Source of the DNA: an uncultured Gemmatimonadaceae bacterium
GTDB lineage: Bacteria > Gemmatimonadota > Gemmatimonadetes > Gemmatimonadales > Gemmatimonadaceae
DNA: 64,000 nt
Reading direction: 5' to 3'
Assembly (NCBI GenBank): GCA_963740355.1
Contig: CAVUDW010000002.1
Span: 1,696,001-1,760,000, forward strand
Position numbers and translations under genes: made by a program. Under the pieces are notes generated by a model, which saw nothing but the letters and a program-made list of their open reading frames with translations, was not told the DNA's origin and did no database searches. This document shows, one piece after another, positions 48,396 through 57,335 of this stretch. The first letter of the stretch is position 1, and every line of letters begins with the position of its first letter.

Positions 48396-50984
48396 ATGAC
48401 GCGCCGCAGCAAGGCCGCCCGGGCGGACGACACACCACCTGACTTTCGGATCGCCACGGCTGCGGCTGCGGCGATTCGTGTCGCGATCCGGTTGGCGGGC
48501 GGGCGCGAAGTGTTGTTCGTCTGCGCGGTGGATGCCGACGGGAAGCTGACATCGGCGCGTGCAGTGGCGCGCGGCACTCCCGGGCAGGTGTTGGCGCTGC
48601 CCGGCGTGGCGCAGCGCGGTGAGATGCTGGTGCACAACCATCCGTCGGGATGGCTGGAGCCCAGTGACGCCGACCTTGGCATCGCGGCGCGCCTGCATGA
48701 CGATGGCATCGGATTCGCCATCACCGACAACGACGTCACTGACCTGTACGTCGTGACCGAAGTGCCGCGCGTGACACCGAAGGTCGTCGTGCCGGCATCG
48801 TCGATCGAGGCGGACTTCGGCCCAAACGGTCCGCTGGCGCGCGGCTTCGGCTCGTACGAATCACGCGACGGCCAGCGTGACATGGCCACCACGATCGCTC
48901 GCACGTACGCCGACGGTGGCGTTGCACTGCTCGAGGCAGGGACAGGCGTCGGCAAGTCGATGGCGTATCTCGTCCCCGCGTTGCGCTGGGCGGCCGCGAA
49001 CAAGGAACGCACGATCGTCAGCACCAACACGATCACGCTGCAGGAGCAGCTGTTCGGCAAGGACCTGCCACTGCTGGCTGACCTGCTCAGTGATCAGCCC
49101 GTCCGTTTTGCGTTGCTGAAGGGATGGCGCAACTATCTCTGCCTCTCGCGACTGGGACAGGCTGAAGCCGGCAGCGCTTCGCTGTTCGAGGCCCCGCAGC
49201 GCGAAGAGCTGGCGATGCTTTCGGAGTGGGCCAAGTCCACCAAGGATGGCTCGCTCAGCGATCTCGCGACGCCACCGCGCCCCGATGTCTGGGATGAAGT
49301 CGCGGCCGAAGGTGATCTCTGTACGCGCCTCAAGTGCCCACACTTCGACGCCTGCTTCGTGTTCAAGGCGCGCCGTGTGGCGGCCACGGCCGACATCGTG
49401 GTCGTGAATCACTCGTTGCTGCTGGCCGACATCGCAGTGCGCCGTGCGTCGCAGAACTGGGCCGAGGCGGCAGTGCTGCCGGCGTACACACACCTCGTCG
49501 TCGATGAAGGGCATCACCTCGAAGATGCGGCGGCCAATCACCTCGGCAGCAGCGTCTCCAATCGCGCGCTGTCGAAACTGCTGAATCGGCTCGAGCGTCG
49601 TGGTGGACGTGAGGCGAAGGGCTTGCTGCCCACGCTCGAGACGCGCCTGATGGCGCGCGGAGACCTGCTCAGCATTGCGAGCCTCGACCTGTTGCGTGCG
49701 CGCCTTCGCCCGTCGGTGGAGAATGCTCGCGGCGATTCGGCGCAGCTCTTCGATCGCATCGCGACCTGGCTGCAGGAGAGCAAGCAGGCCACGATCCGGC
49801 TCACCCCGGATTTGCACACCGAAGCGGTGTGGCGTGATGGACTTGGTGCCGCACTGCGCAACCTCGTGCAGGCGCTGGAAACGATCGGGGAGAACTTGCG
49901 CCTGATCCGGGAGCGCCTCGAAACGGAAGATGAGCGCGACGAAGCACTGCTCTCGCTTCTGCAGGAATTGCGGGGTGTCGGCTCACGCACATCGGCTCAC
50001 ATCGACGGTTTGCGTGCGACGCTCGATCCTCCCGACGACGCGAAGGGCTTCGTGCGGTGGGCGGAGTTGCGTGGTCGATCCGATGGCGGCGCGGTGCGCG
50101 GCAACAGCACACCGACCGTGCTGCTGTATAGCGTTCCGCTCGATCTTGCGCCGATCCTGCGCGAGGACCTCTTCGGTCGACTGGCCAGTACGGTCGTCAC
50201 CAGCGCGACGCTCACGCCAAACTCGAATTTCGGATTTCTCCTCACCCGATTTGGGCTCGACGAGGCCGAGACGAATGTCGAGACAGCGCAGTTTCCATCG
50301 CCGTTCGACTATCACGAGAACGCACTGCTCGTCGTGCCGAGTGATACGCCGGCCCCGAACATCGATCCGGCAGGGCATCAGCGCGCCGTGGTGACCCACG
50401 TGCTCGACATGGCGGAGGCGAGTGATGGCGGGATTTTCGTGCTCTGCACCAGTCATCGCGACGTGAAGGCGCTCTCGGCATCACTGCGTGACAGTGCCGC
50501 GACGAACGGATGGCCGCTGCTCATTCATGGCGAGGATGGCCGCGATACGCTGCTGAAGCGATTCCGGCAGTCGGGGCGCGCAATCCTCGTGGGCACGGCG
50601 ACCTTCTGGGAAGGCGTCGACGTGCCCGGACATGCGTTGCGCGGCCTCGTGATCAACAAGTTGCCGTTCCGCGTACCGAGCGAGCCGATGGTGGCGGCGC
50701 AGTGTGATGCGATCGAGGCACGCGGCGGTGATCCATTCATGGAATACATGCTGCCGCATGCCACGTTGCGCTTGAAGCAGGGGGTCGGCCGACTGATCCG
50801 AACCGCGACGGATCGTGGCGTGATCGTGCTGGACGACGTGCGCGTCGTGACCAAGCGGTACGGTCGCGATCTGCTCGATGCGCTCCCGCCGGCGCAGCGC
50901 GTGTTGCGCCCGTGGGCCGAGGCAGAGCGGCGGATCATCGATTTCTACGCTGCGCGTGAGGCGGCGTCCTTCTCGGCGCCCTGA
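48396..50984 (+). CDS. DinG/XPD-family Fe-S helicase with N-terminal JAB/RadC-like domain
   Basis: HNHPSG...PS.AD; EAGTGVGKS; NYLC and C-x4-C-x5-C; DEGHH; FWEGVD; QGVGRLIR. Confidence 0.9.
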   Translation: MTRRSKAARADDTPPDFRIATAAAAAIRVAIRLAGGREVLFVCAVDADGKLTSARAVARGTPGQVLALPGVAQRGEMLVHNHPSGWLEPSDADLGIAARLHDDGIGFAITDNDVTDLYVVTEVPRVTPKVVVPASSIEADFGPNGPLARGFGSYESRDGQRDMATTIARTYADGGVALLEAGTGVGKSMAYLVPALRWAAANKERTIVSTNTITLQEQLFGKDLPLLADLLSDQPVRFALLKGWRNYLCLSRLGQAEAGSASLFEAPQREELAMLSEWAKSTKDGSLSDLATPPRPDVWDEVAAEGDLCTRLKCPHFDACFVFKARRVAATADIVVVNHSLLLADIAVRRASQNWAEAAVLPAYTHLVVDEGHHLEDAAANHLGSSVSNRALSKLLNRLERRGGREAKGLLPTLETRLMARGDLLSIASLDLLRARLRPSVENARGDSAQLFDRIATWLQESKQATIRLTPDLHTEAVWRDGLGAALRNLVQALETIGENLRLIRERLETEDERDEALLSLLQELRGVGSRTSAHIDGLRATLDPPDDAKGFVRWAELRGRSDGGAVRGNSTPTVLLYSVPLDLAPILREDLFGRLASTVVTSATLTPNSNFGFLLTRFGLDEAETNVETAQFPSPFDYHENALLVVPSDTPAPNIDPAGHQRAVVTHVLDMAEASDGGIFVLCTSHRDVKALSASLRDSAATNGWPLLIHGEDGRDTLLKRFRQSGRAILVGTATFWEGVDVPGHALRGLVINKLPFRVPSEPMVAAQCDAIEARGGDPFMEYMLPHATLRLKQGVGRLIRTATDRGVIVLDDVRVVTKRYGRDLLDALPPAQRVLRPWAEAERRIIDFYAAREAASFSAP

Positions 50985-51054
50985 CCAGACCCTGATCACC
51001 GGCGCGCAGCGCGCCAGCGTGCTCTCACCGATTCATCCCACCAGCCCCGTCATC

Positions 51055-51672
51055 ATGTCTGTCCGCCCTGGCAAAATCGTCTGTGTTGGCCGGAACTACC
51101 GTGAACATGCGAAGGAACTGGGGAACGCGGTGCCGACCGAGCCGTTGTTGTTCCTCAAGCCGTCGACGTCGATCATCCAGTCGGGAGACGCAATCGTCGC
51201 ACCGAAAATGTCCCGGCAGGTGGAACACGAGGGGGAAATCGGGGTCGTGATTGGGACACCGATCCGGCGTGCCACCGAGGCGCAGGCGTTGGCGGCGATT
51301 CGCGGAATCGTGGCGCTGAACGACGTCACCGCCCGGGACATCCAGAAGTCCGATCCGCAGTGGACCCGCGGGAAGGGCTTCGACACCTTCTGCCCCATCG
51401 GGCCGGAGTGGGTCGGGATTCCCGATTTTTCTCGGCTCGAGGTGGTCACGCGGGTCAACGGTGTCGTACGGCAGAGGGGCTCGGGGGCCGAGATGGTGTT
51501 TTCCGTCCCGGCGTTGCTGGCCTACATTTCCCAGGTCATGACCCTCGAGGCCGGGGACATCGTGGCCACCGGGACCCCCGCTGGCGTCGGCCCCCTGGTT
51601 CCGGGCGACACGGTGGAAGTCGAAGTGGTCGGATGCAGTACGGTCTCCAATCCTGTCGTCGCCGAATCCTGA
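51055..51672 (+). CDS. Fumarylacetoacetate hydrolase family protein
   Basis: KIVCVGRNY, FLKP, HEGE, NDVTARD, KGFDTFCP, TGTPAGVG. Confidence 0.92.
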   Translation: MSVRPGKIVCVGRNYREHAKELGNAVPTEPLLFLKPSTSIIQSGDAIVAPKMSRQVEHEGEIGVVIGTPIRRATEAQALAAIRGIVALNDVTARDIQKSDPQWTRGKGFDTFCPIGPEWVGIPDFSRLEVVTRVNGVVRQRGSGAEMVFSVPALLAYISQVMTLEAGDIVATGTPAGVGPLVPGDTVEVEVVGCSTVSNPVVAES

Positions 51673-52853
51673 TGCCTCCGCGTTCCCATCGTTTCGAGAG
51701 TCTTCCCGACTATCCGCTGGCGCTGATTCCGATCAAGAAGCGCGAGTTGCTGGCGCGGGGTGTGGACGTGATCGATCTCGGTGCCGGCGATGCGGATCTC
51801 GATCCGCCGGCCGCGGCCGTGGAAGCGCTGGCCGCCGCGTCGAAGATTCCGGCGATGAACCGGTACGGCTTTGGCCTCGGCAATCCGGCGTACCGCGACG
51901 CGGTGAGCGGCTGGATGACACGACGCTTCGGCGTCACTTTCGATCCGGTTCGCGAGATCGTTCCACTGCTCGGCAGCAAGGAAGGCCTCTCGCACCTCGC
52001 GCTCGGCTACGTGAACGAAGGTGACTACACGATCGTCCCCGAGCCGGGCTACAACGCCTACAAGGGCGGCACGATCCTCAGCAGCGGCAATCCGTATTTC
52101 TATGCGTTGCGCCCGCAGAACAATTTCCTCGTCGACATCGACGAGGTGCCAGCGGATGTGCTGAAGCGTGCGCGTATACTGTACTTGAACTATCCCAACA
52201 ATCCGACGGCGGCCATCGCCCCGCGCGACTATCTCGAGCGAGTGGTGCAGCGGTGTCTCGAACTGGACATCCTGTTGGTGTACGACAACGCCTACTCCGA
52301 GATGGGCTTCGATGGCTATGTGCCACCGAGCATCTTCGAGATCGATGGCGCGCGCGATGTGGCGATCGAATTCCACTCGCTGTCGAAGACCTACAACATG
52401 ACCGGCTGGCGCTGCGCCTGGGCCTGCGGGCGCACGGAAGTGATCTCGACGCTGGCCAAGGTGAAGAGTTACGTCGATACCGGCGCCTTCATGGCCGTGC
52501 AGCAGGCCGGTGTGGCCGCGATCGAGAGCTGGGCTGAGTTCGTGCCGAAGAACACGGCGGTGTTTCAGGAGCGACGTGACGCGGCAGTGCAGGCGTTCCG
52601 TGACGCCGGATTCACTTGTGAGGTGCCGAAGGCCACGATGTACCTGTGGATTCCGCTCCCCGAGGGTATTCCGTCGGCGGTGTTCGCGGATCGACTGCTG
52701 GATGACGAAGGCGTGATCGTGATGCCGGGCACCGGTTTCGGTGCCGGTGGCGAAGGCTTCTTCCGCATCAGCTTCATCACATCGCCGGACCGGATGCGTG
52801 AAGCGGCCGTGCGTGCCGGTCGCGTGCTCGCGTCGTTCGGAGCACCGGTCTGA
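51672..52853 (+). CDS. PLP-dependent aminotransferase class I/II (LL-DAP aminotransferase-like)
   Basis: GSKEG, LNYPNNPT, DNAY, SLSKTYNMTGWR, GEGFFR. Confidence 0.88.
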   Translation: MPPRSHRFESLPDYPLALIPIKKRELLARGVDVIDLGAGDADLDPPAAAVEALAAASKIPAMNRYGFGLGNPAYRDAVSGWMTRRFGVTFDPVREIVPLLGSKEGLSHLALGYVNEGDYTIVPEPGYNAYKGGTILSSGNPYFYALRPQNNFLVDIDEVPADVLKRARILYLNYPNNPTAAIAPRDYLERVVQRCLELDILLVYDNAYSEMGFDGYVPPSIFEIDGARDVAIEFHSLSKTYNMTGWRCAWACGRTEVISTLAKVKSYVDTGAFMAVQQAGVAAIESWAEFVPKNTAVFQERRDAAVQAFRDAGFTCEVPKATMYLWIPLPEGIPSAVFADRLLDDEGVIVMPGTGFGAGGEGFFRISFITSPDRMREAAVRAGRVLASFGAPV

Positions 52854-53746
52854 TGATGTTCAAGCCGCGCCAGCCGGAGGAGCGATCGCCAGGTGCGATC
52901 GCGACTTCCGTCGCCCTGCACATCGTGCTTGGTGCGGTCCTGCTGCGTGCTGTCGTTGGCTCGAATGGCATCGCCGAGTGGCTGGTCGGACCGGAGAGCG
53001 CCGCCAAGCCGGAGAAGATCCAGATGGTGGCGGTGACGGCGCCGAGTGGCGACGCCTCGGGCGGCGGTGCGCCGGTGAATGGCGCGGTGAAGCCGACGTC
53101 CTCGCAGCGTCCGAATGTGCTGGTCGCGCCAACGTCGGTTCCCACCGCGTTGCCGGATGCGGCGGGCGGGCGTGGCGGGGCAGGGGGTGGCACTGGCTCC
53201 GGCTACGGCACGGGCAGTGGCTCGGGCGTCTCGCGCGGCGTGGTGCCGGCGTACGATCCACGACTCTATCCCGGGTCGGCGGAACCGGCGCGTGTGGCAC
53301 GTACGCCGAAGGAGCGCCTCGACAGCGTGATCCTCGAGCGGTTTGCGCAGTACGCCGACAGCGTGCAGAACGCACCGCGCAGCGGAGTCACCGAGGATGG
53401 TCGCGCCGACCTGACCTTCACGCGCGGTGGCAAGAAGTACGGCTGGTCGCAACGCGGCATCGTGCTTGGCAACATCACGCTGCCAGCGCCGCTACTGGCG
53501 TTGCTGCCGCTCAATCGTGTCGGCAGCAACCCGACCGCGCTGATGCGCGGCGAAAATCCGTGGGCGATGCGCAACCAGATTCAAGCTGGCGCACAAGTCG
53601 CCCTCAACGCGGAGACATTCAACGAACGCGTGAAGCGCATTCGTGAGCGTCGTGATCGCGAGCGCAAGGAAGGTCGCGAAACGAAGGACCAACCCGCCGC
53701 GCCGATCCAGCAGCAGCAACAACAACCGCTGCAGCCGGATCGCTGA
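52853..53746 (+). CDS. Hypothetical single-pass membrane protein with TonB/TolA-like N-terminal helix
   Basis: SVALH within the TM helix, Pro/Gly-rich linker, charged C-terminal tail. Confidence 0.6.
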   Translation: MMFKPRQPEERSPGAIATSVALHIVLGAVLLRAVVGSNGIAEWLVGPESAAKPEKIQMVAVTAPSGDASGGGAPVNGAVKPTSSQRPNVLVAPTSVPTALPDAAGGRGGAGGGTGSGYGTGSGSGVSRGVVPAYDPRLYPGSAEPARVARTPKERLDSVILERFAQYADSVQNAPRSGVTEDGRADLTFTRGGKKYGWSQRGIVLGNITLPAPLLALLPLNRVGSNPTALMRGENPWAMRNQIQAGAQVALNAETFNERVKRIRERRDRERKEGRETKDQPAAPIQQQQQQPLQPDR

Positions 53747-53757
53747 TCCACGATCAA

Positions 53758-54411
53758 TCAGGCTGCGGCTTCGGCGTCCGGATCCAGTTCGTCGGCCTGC
53801 AGTGAGCCGCGGAAAGCGCCGCAGACCACACCCAGCACGACCTGATCGTCGCCCGGCGGAATCACGATCGGGCTGACGTCATCCGAGGCGGCGCGGAGCA
53901 GCGTATCGTTGCCGCGCTGCTCGAAGACACGGACCACCGCATCGTGCCCGACGCGCACTGCCACCAGGTCGCCATCGAGCGCCGCAAAATCCGGGTTCAC
54001 CAGCACCGTATCGTCGCGACGAATGCTGCGCGCTGCCATCGCGTCATCCGCGACGCGAAGGAAGAACGCGTTGTCCGACGGTGCGAGTCGCCGATCGATC
54101 ACGATCGCATCGGTACGCAGGTCAGGGGTGATCGCCTCGCCGAATGCCGAGAGGCGACCGTAGAATGGAATCGAGCGCGTCGCGCCTGGTGACTGTGCAC
54201 CGAGGATGCGCAGGCCGCGTGAGCGAGCCTGATTGCGCTGGATGTATCCCTTGCGCGCCAGGTTGCCGAGCACGTCGGACACCGTCTTGGTCGACTTGAT
54301 GTCGAACTGACGGCCGATTTCACGGATGCTCGGCTGGTAGCTGTTCGCAGCCAGGAACTCGATCAGATACTGGTAGACCTTTTCTTCAGTCGGCGTCAGT
54401 GCATCACTCAT
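53758..54411 (-). CDS. lexA: LexA-family repressor with degenerate S24 autoprotease domain
   Basis: N-terminal LT..E....YQPSIREIG....KS...V...L..L.RKGYI.R....RG wHTH; C-terminal S24 fold lacks the catalytic residues. Confidence 0.82.
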   Translation of the reverse strand: MSDALTPTEEKVYQYLIEFLAANSYQPSIREIGRQFDIKSTKTVSDVLGNLARKGYIQRNQARSRGLRILGAQSPGATRSIPFYGRLSAFGEAITPDLRTDAIVIDRRLAPSDNAFFLRVADDAMAARSIRRDDTVLVNPDFAALDGDLVAVRVGHDAVVRVFEQRGNDTLLRAASDDVSPIVIPPGDDQVVLGVVCGAFRGSLQADELDPDAEAAA

Positions 54412-54454
54412 AAGGCTCCCTGCGACGTGATCGCAGGGCGCCCGGAGTGGGTGC

Positions 54455-55909
54455 CTACGCTTGCGTCGCCAGCATGTCCAGCGTGCGCGCGAGACGCTCG
54501 AGGCTCCGATCCCGACCGATCAGCGTGAGGACATCGAAGATGCCTGGGCTGACGGAAAGTCCGGTGACGGCGACGCGAAGCGGGGTGAAGATCTTCCCCG
54601 CCGCGAGTCCCCGTGATTCCGCGAGTGTTCGCAGGGCCGGCTCGAGCGCCTCCGCCGTCCAGGCCGGTGCGTTCACGAGTGCGTCCCGTGTCGCGGAGAG
54701 AATGTCGGCACTCGCGGCGCGATCCTTCAGCAATGCCTTCGCAACGGCATCATTGTCGTATTCCAATTCATCGAGCAGGTACGGGCGCGCCTGCTTCACG
54801 ATCTCCTCGACCGTTCGGGCGCGCACACGCAGCTGATCGACGAGATGCGAGGTCCACGCCGGGTCGGCATCGAGCTTTTCCTGCGTCGCGACGCCGTGGC
54901 GCACCAGCGCATCCGTCACGCGCGGCAGCACTTCCTCCAGCGGTCGGCGGGAGAGGTGCTGGCCGTTCATCCACTCGAGTTTCTGCGTGTCGAAGATCGC
55001 GGCCTTCTTGTGCAGGCGATCGAGCGTGAAGTGCTGCAGCATCTCCTCGGGCATCATCACTTCGAGGTCATCTCCCGGACTCCAGCCAAGGAGTGCGAGG
55101 AAGTTCGCCATGGCGGTGGGGAGGATGCCCTTGAATTCCCAGTCGCCGACCGCGGCGGCATCGCGACGCTTGCTCAACTTCTTGCCGTCGGTGCCATGGA
55201 TCATCGGCACGTGCGCGAACTGCGGCAGGGCGGCGCCGAGCGCCTGATAGAGCAGGATCTGCTTCGGCGTGTTGGAGATGTGGTCATCGCCGCGCATCAC
55301 GATCGTGATGCCCATGGCGATGTCGTCGGAGACTACGGCAAGGTTGTAGATCGGTGTGCCGTCGGAGCGGAGGATGATGAAATCCTCGATCTCCTTGTTC
55401 TCGAACGCGATGCGTCCGTGGACGATGTCGTCCCAGGCGGTGGTGCCTTCGGGGACGCGGAAGCGGATGGTGTAGGGCTCACCGGCGGCGAGCTTCTGGG
55501 CGACCTCATCCGGAGTCCAGCTGGCCAGCCGTCGATCGAACCGGAACGGCTCCTTGCGGGCGTCGGCGTCGGACCGCATCCGGTCGAGCTCGGCGATTGT
55601 GGTGAAGTCGAGGTAGGCGCTGCCGTTGGCGACGAGCCGCTCGGCGTCGGCTTTGTGTCGGTCGACGTTGGCGCCCTGGAAGACCACGTCCTCATCCCAG
55701 TCGAGCCCGAGCCACTCGAGGCCGTGGAAGATGGCCGCCGTGCTTTCCTCGGTGCTGCGCGCCTTGTCGGTGTCCTCGATCCGGAGCAGGAACTTGCCGC
55801 CGGTCTTGCGGGCCCAGAGCCAGTTGAAGAGGGCGGTCCGGGCACCACCGACGTGGAGGTAGCCGGTCGGGGACGGGGCGAAGCGGAGGCGTGGGGCAGG
55901 CGCAGTCAT
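54455..55909 (-). CDS. gltX: Glutamate--tRNA ligase
   Basis: RFAPSPTGYLHVGG, RIEDTD, RGDDH, KKLSKR; start MTAPAP. Confidence 0.96.
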   Translation of the reverse strand: MTAPAPRLRFAPSPTGYLHVGGARTALFNWLWARKTGGKFLLRIEDTDKARSTEESTAAIFHGLEWLGLDWDEDVVFQGANVDRHKADAERLVANGSAYLDFTTIAELDRMRSDADARKEPFRFDRRLASWTPDEVAQKLAAGEPYTIRFRVPEGTTAWDDIVHGRIAFENKEIEDFIILRSDGTPIYNLAVVSDDIAMGITIVMRGDDHISNTPKQILLYQALGAALPQFAHVPMIHGTDGKKLSKRRDAAAVGDWEFKGILPTAMANFLALLGWSPGDDLEVMMPEEMLQHFTLDRLHKKAAIFDTQKLEWMNGQHLSRRPLEEVLPRVTDALVRHGVATQEKLDADPAWTSHLVDQLRVRARTVEEIVKQARPYLLDELEYDNDAVAKALLKDRAASADILSATRDALVNAPAWTAEALEPALRTLAESRGLAAGKIFTPLRVAVTGLSVSPGIFDVLTLIGRDRSLERLARTLDMLATQA

Positions 55910-55931
55910 GCGAAGGCTCGGCTCGGATAAG

Positions 55932-55965
55932 AAAAACGGGCCCACCGGTACGTGGTGGGCCCGTT
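55932..55965 (-). terminator. Intrinsic terminator after tRNA-Ser
   Basis: 12-bp stem AACGGGCCCACC/GGTGGGCCCGTT ending in a T run on the minus strand. Confidence 0.8.
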
Positions 55966-55968
55966 GCA

Positions 55969-56057
55969 CGGAGAGAGAGGGATTCGAACCCTCGGTACCA
56001 GTTTCCCAGTACGCCGGTTTAGCAAACCGGTGCCTTCAGCCTCTCGGCCATCCCTCC
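55969..56057 (-). tRNA. tRNA-Ser(GCT), long variable arm, CCA not encoded
   Basis: GGAGGGA/TCTCTCC acceptor, CCGGT-TTGCTAA-ACCGG anticodon arm, GTACTGG-GAAA-CTGGTAC variable arm, GGTTCGAATCC. Confidence 0.96.
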
Positions 56058-56187
56058 AACAGCAGCAGAAGCTACCCAACCGGTCCGGTCGGCACAACGT
56101 GTCGGGGGAGCCGAGTTGCGATGACCCGATCTCTGGCTCGGCTCGCGCGCCGGGCGGTATGGCGGGTGTGCGCCGCGGCGACTCGCC

Positions 56188-56630
56188 GAACGGCAACAGC
56201 GAATCGCAGAGTCGCCGAGGGCGCAGAGGAACTGCAACGGCGTCGACGCGGAACGGCACCAGCGAATCGCAGTCGCGGAGGTGCAGAGGAACTGCAACTG
56301 CTTTGACGCGGAACGGAACAGCCGAAGAAGGGAGCCGCCGCGGAAGGGCAACGGCATGAGCCACGGGAATGGCAACAGCAACGGCAAATCACGAGCAACA
56401 GCGACAGCAAAGACACGAGCAACGGCAACTGCCCTGACGCAAAACGGACAACTGGGATGCTGCGACAGCCGCGAAACAGTGAACCGCCGCAAAACTGCTA
56501 CTGCTGGATAAAGAGCCGTCAGGGAGACGCTAGGTAGGCATAGGTACCACAGCAACGACGAATGCGGTGCGGACTCTCGTCAGTTCATGCTGTTCTCCGC
56601 GGCTCCGCGTTCCCCGCGGCTCCGCGTGAG
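56188..56630. repeat. Intergenic repeat cluster: ~60-63-bp tandem duplication with CGCAGAG-periodic REP-like motif, AACGGC/AACAGC microsatellite, and an inverted motif at 56595-56627
   Basis: Units 56188-56250 and 56251-56310 share GAACGGCA.CAGCGAATCGCAG...GCAGAGGAACTGCAAC.GC...GACGCG; CTCCGCGGCTCCGCGTTCCCCGCGGCTCCGCG is the opposite orientation. Confidence 0.7.
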
Positions 56631-56922
56631 GGAGTGTGGAACAGCGCGCGCGGCTCGCGCCCGGTACGAAGTGCAATGCATCGCGAGAGCAATCGGGCGA
56701 GTCGCAAGCTGGCGCGACGATCCGTGCGAAGTGTTTTTGGGGTCGATGAAACGCCAACGAAAGAGGGCAAGAGCCAACTCAGCAGTTCACCGTGGCTTCG
56801 TTCTTGCGCTATCTAGGCCCGCGCGATGCAGTGCGCTGACATGTCAGTCCGTCGTCACGCCGTGGTGCGAATCTCGATTCGTGCGCTCGCGTTCGGAACA
56901 AATTCAAGACAGGAGATTTTCC

Positions 56923-57318
56923 ATGAATCGCATCAATACTTTTGCAGTCGCGACCATCCTCACGATCGCCACTGCGTGCAGCAACACCGCCAAGGGTGTC
57001 GAGAAGGACGCCGAGAAGGCAGGCGATCAGGCCGCAGCCGCCACCGAAAAGGCCGCTGATGCAACCGCCAGCGGCGCAGCCAATGCGACCGCTACTGTTG
57101 GCGCCGCAATGGAAACGGCTGACGTGAAGACCGCACTGATGGCTGACACGCGCGTGGATGCGGGTGGCATCAATGTCGATACCAACAAGGACACCAAGAC
57201 GGTGACCCTGAACGGCACCGTGCCGACCGATGCCCAGAAGAAGCTGGCCGAAGAAGTCGCGAAGGCGAAGGCGCCGGAATTCACCGTCGTCAACAACCTG
57301 ACGATCAAGGCCAAGTAA
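56923..57318 (+). CDS. BON-domain (OsmY-like) lipoprotein
   Basis: AGGAG SD; lipobox ATAC; VKTALMAD, INVDT, VTLNGTV, VVNNL. Confidence 0.88.
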   Translation: MNRINTFAVATILTIATACSNTAKGVEKDAEKAGDQAAAATEKAADATASGAANATATVGAAMETADVKTALMADTRVDAGGINVDTNKDTKTVTLNGTVPTDAQKKLAEEVAKAKAPEFTVVNNLTIKAK

Positions 57319-57335
57319 TTTCGCTGTTCTCGACT

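Noticed and set aside
55906..56922. Several short ORFs, and the 112-aa N-terminal extension of the BON ORF
   Set aside because: They overlap tRNA-Ser or translate low-complexity repeats; the BON gene has a clear SD and ATG at 56923
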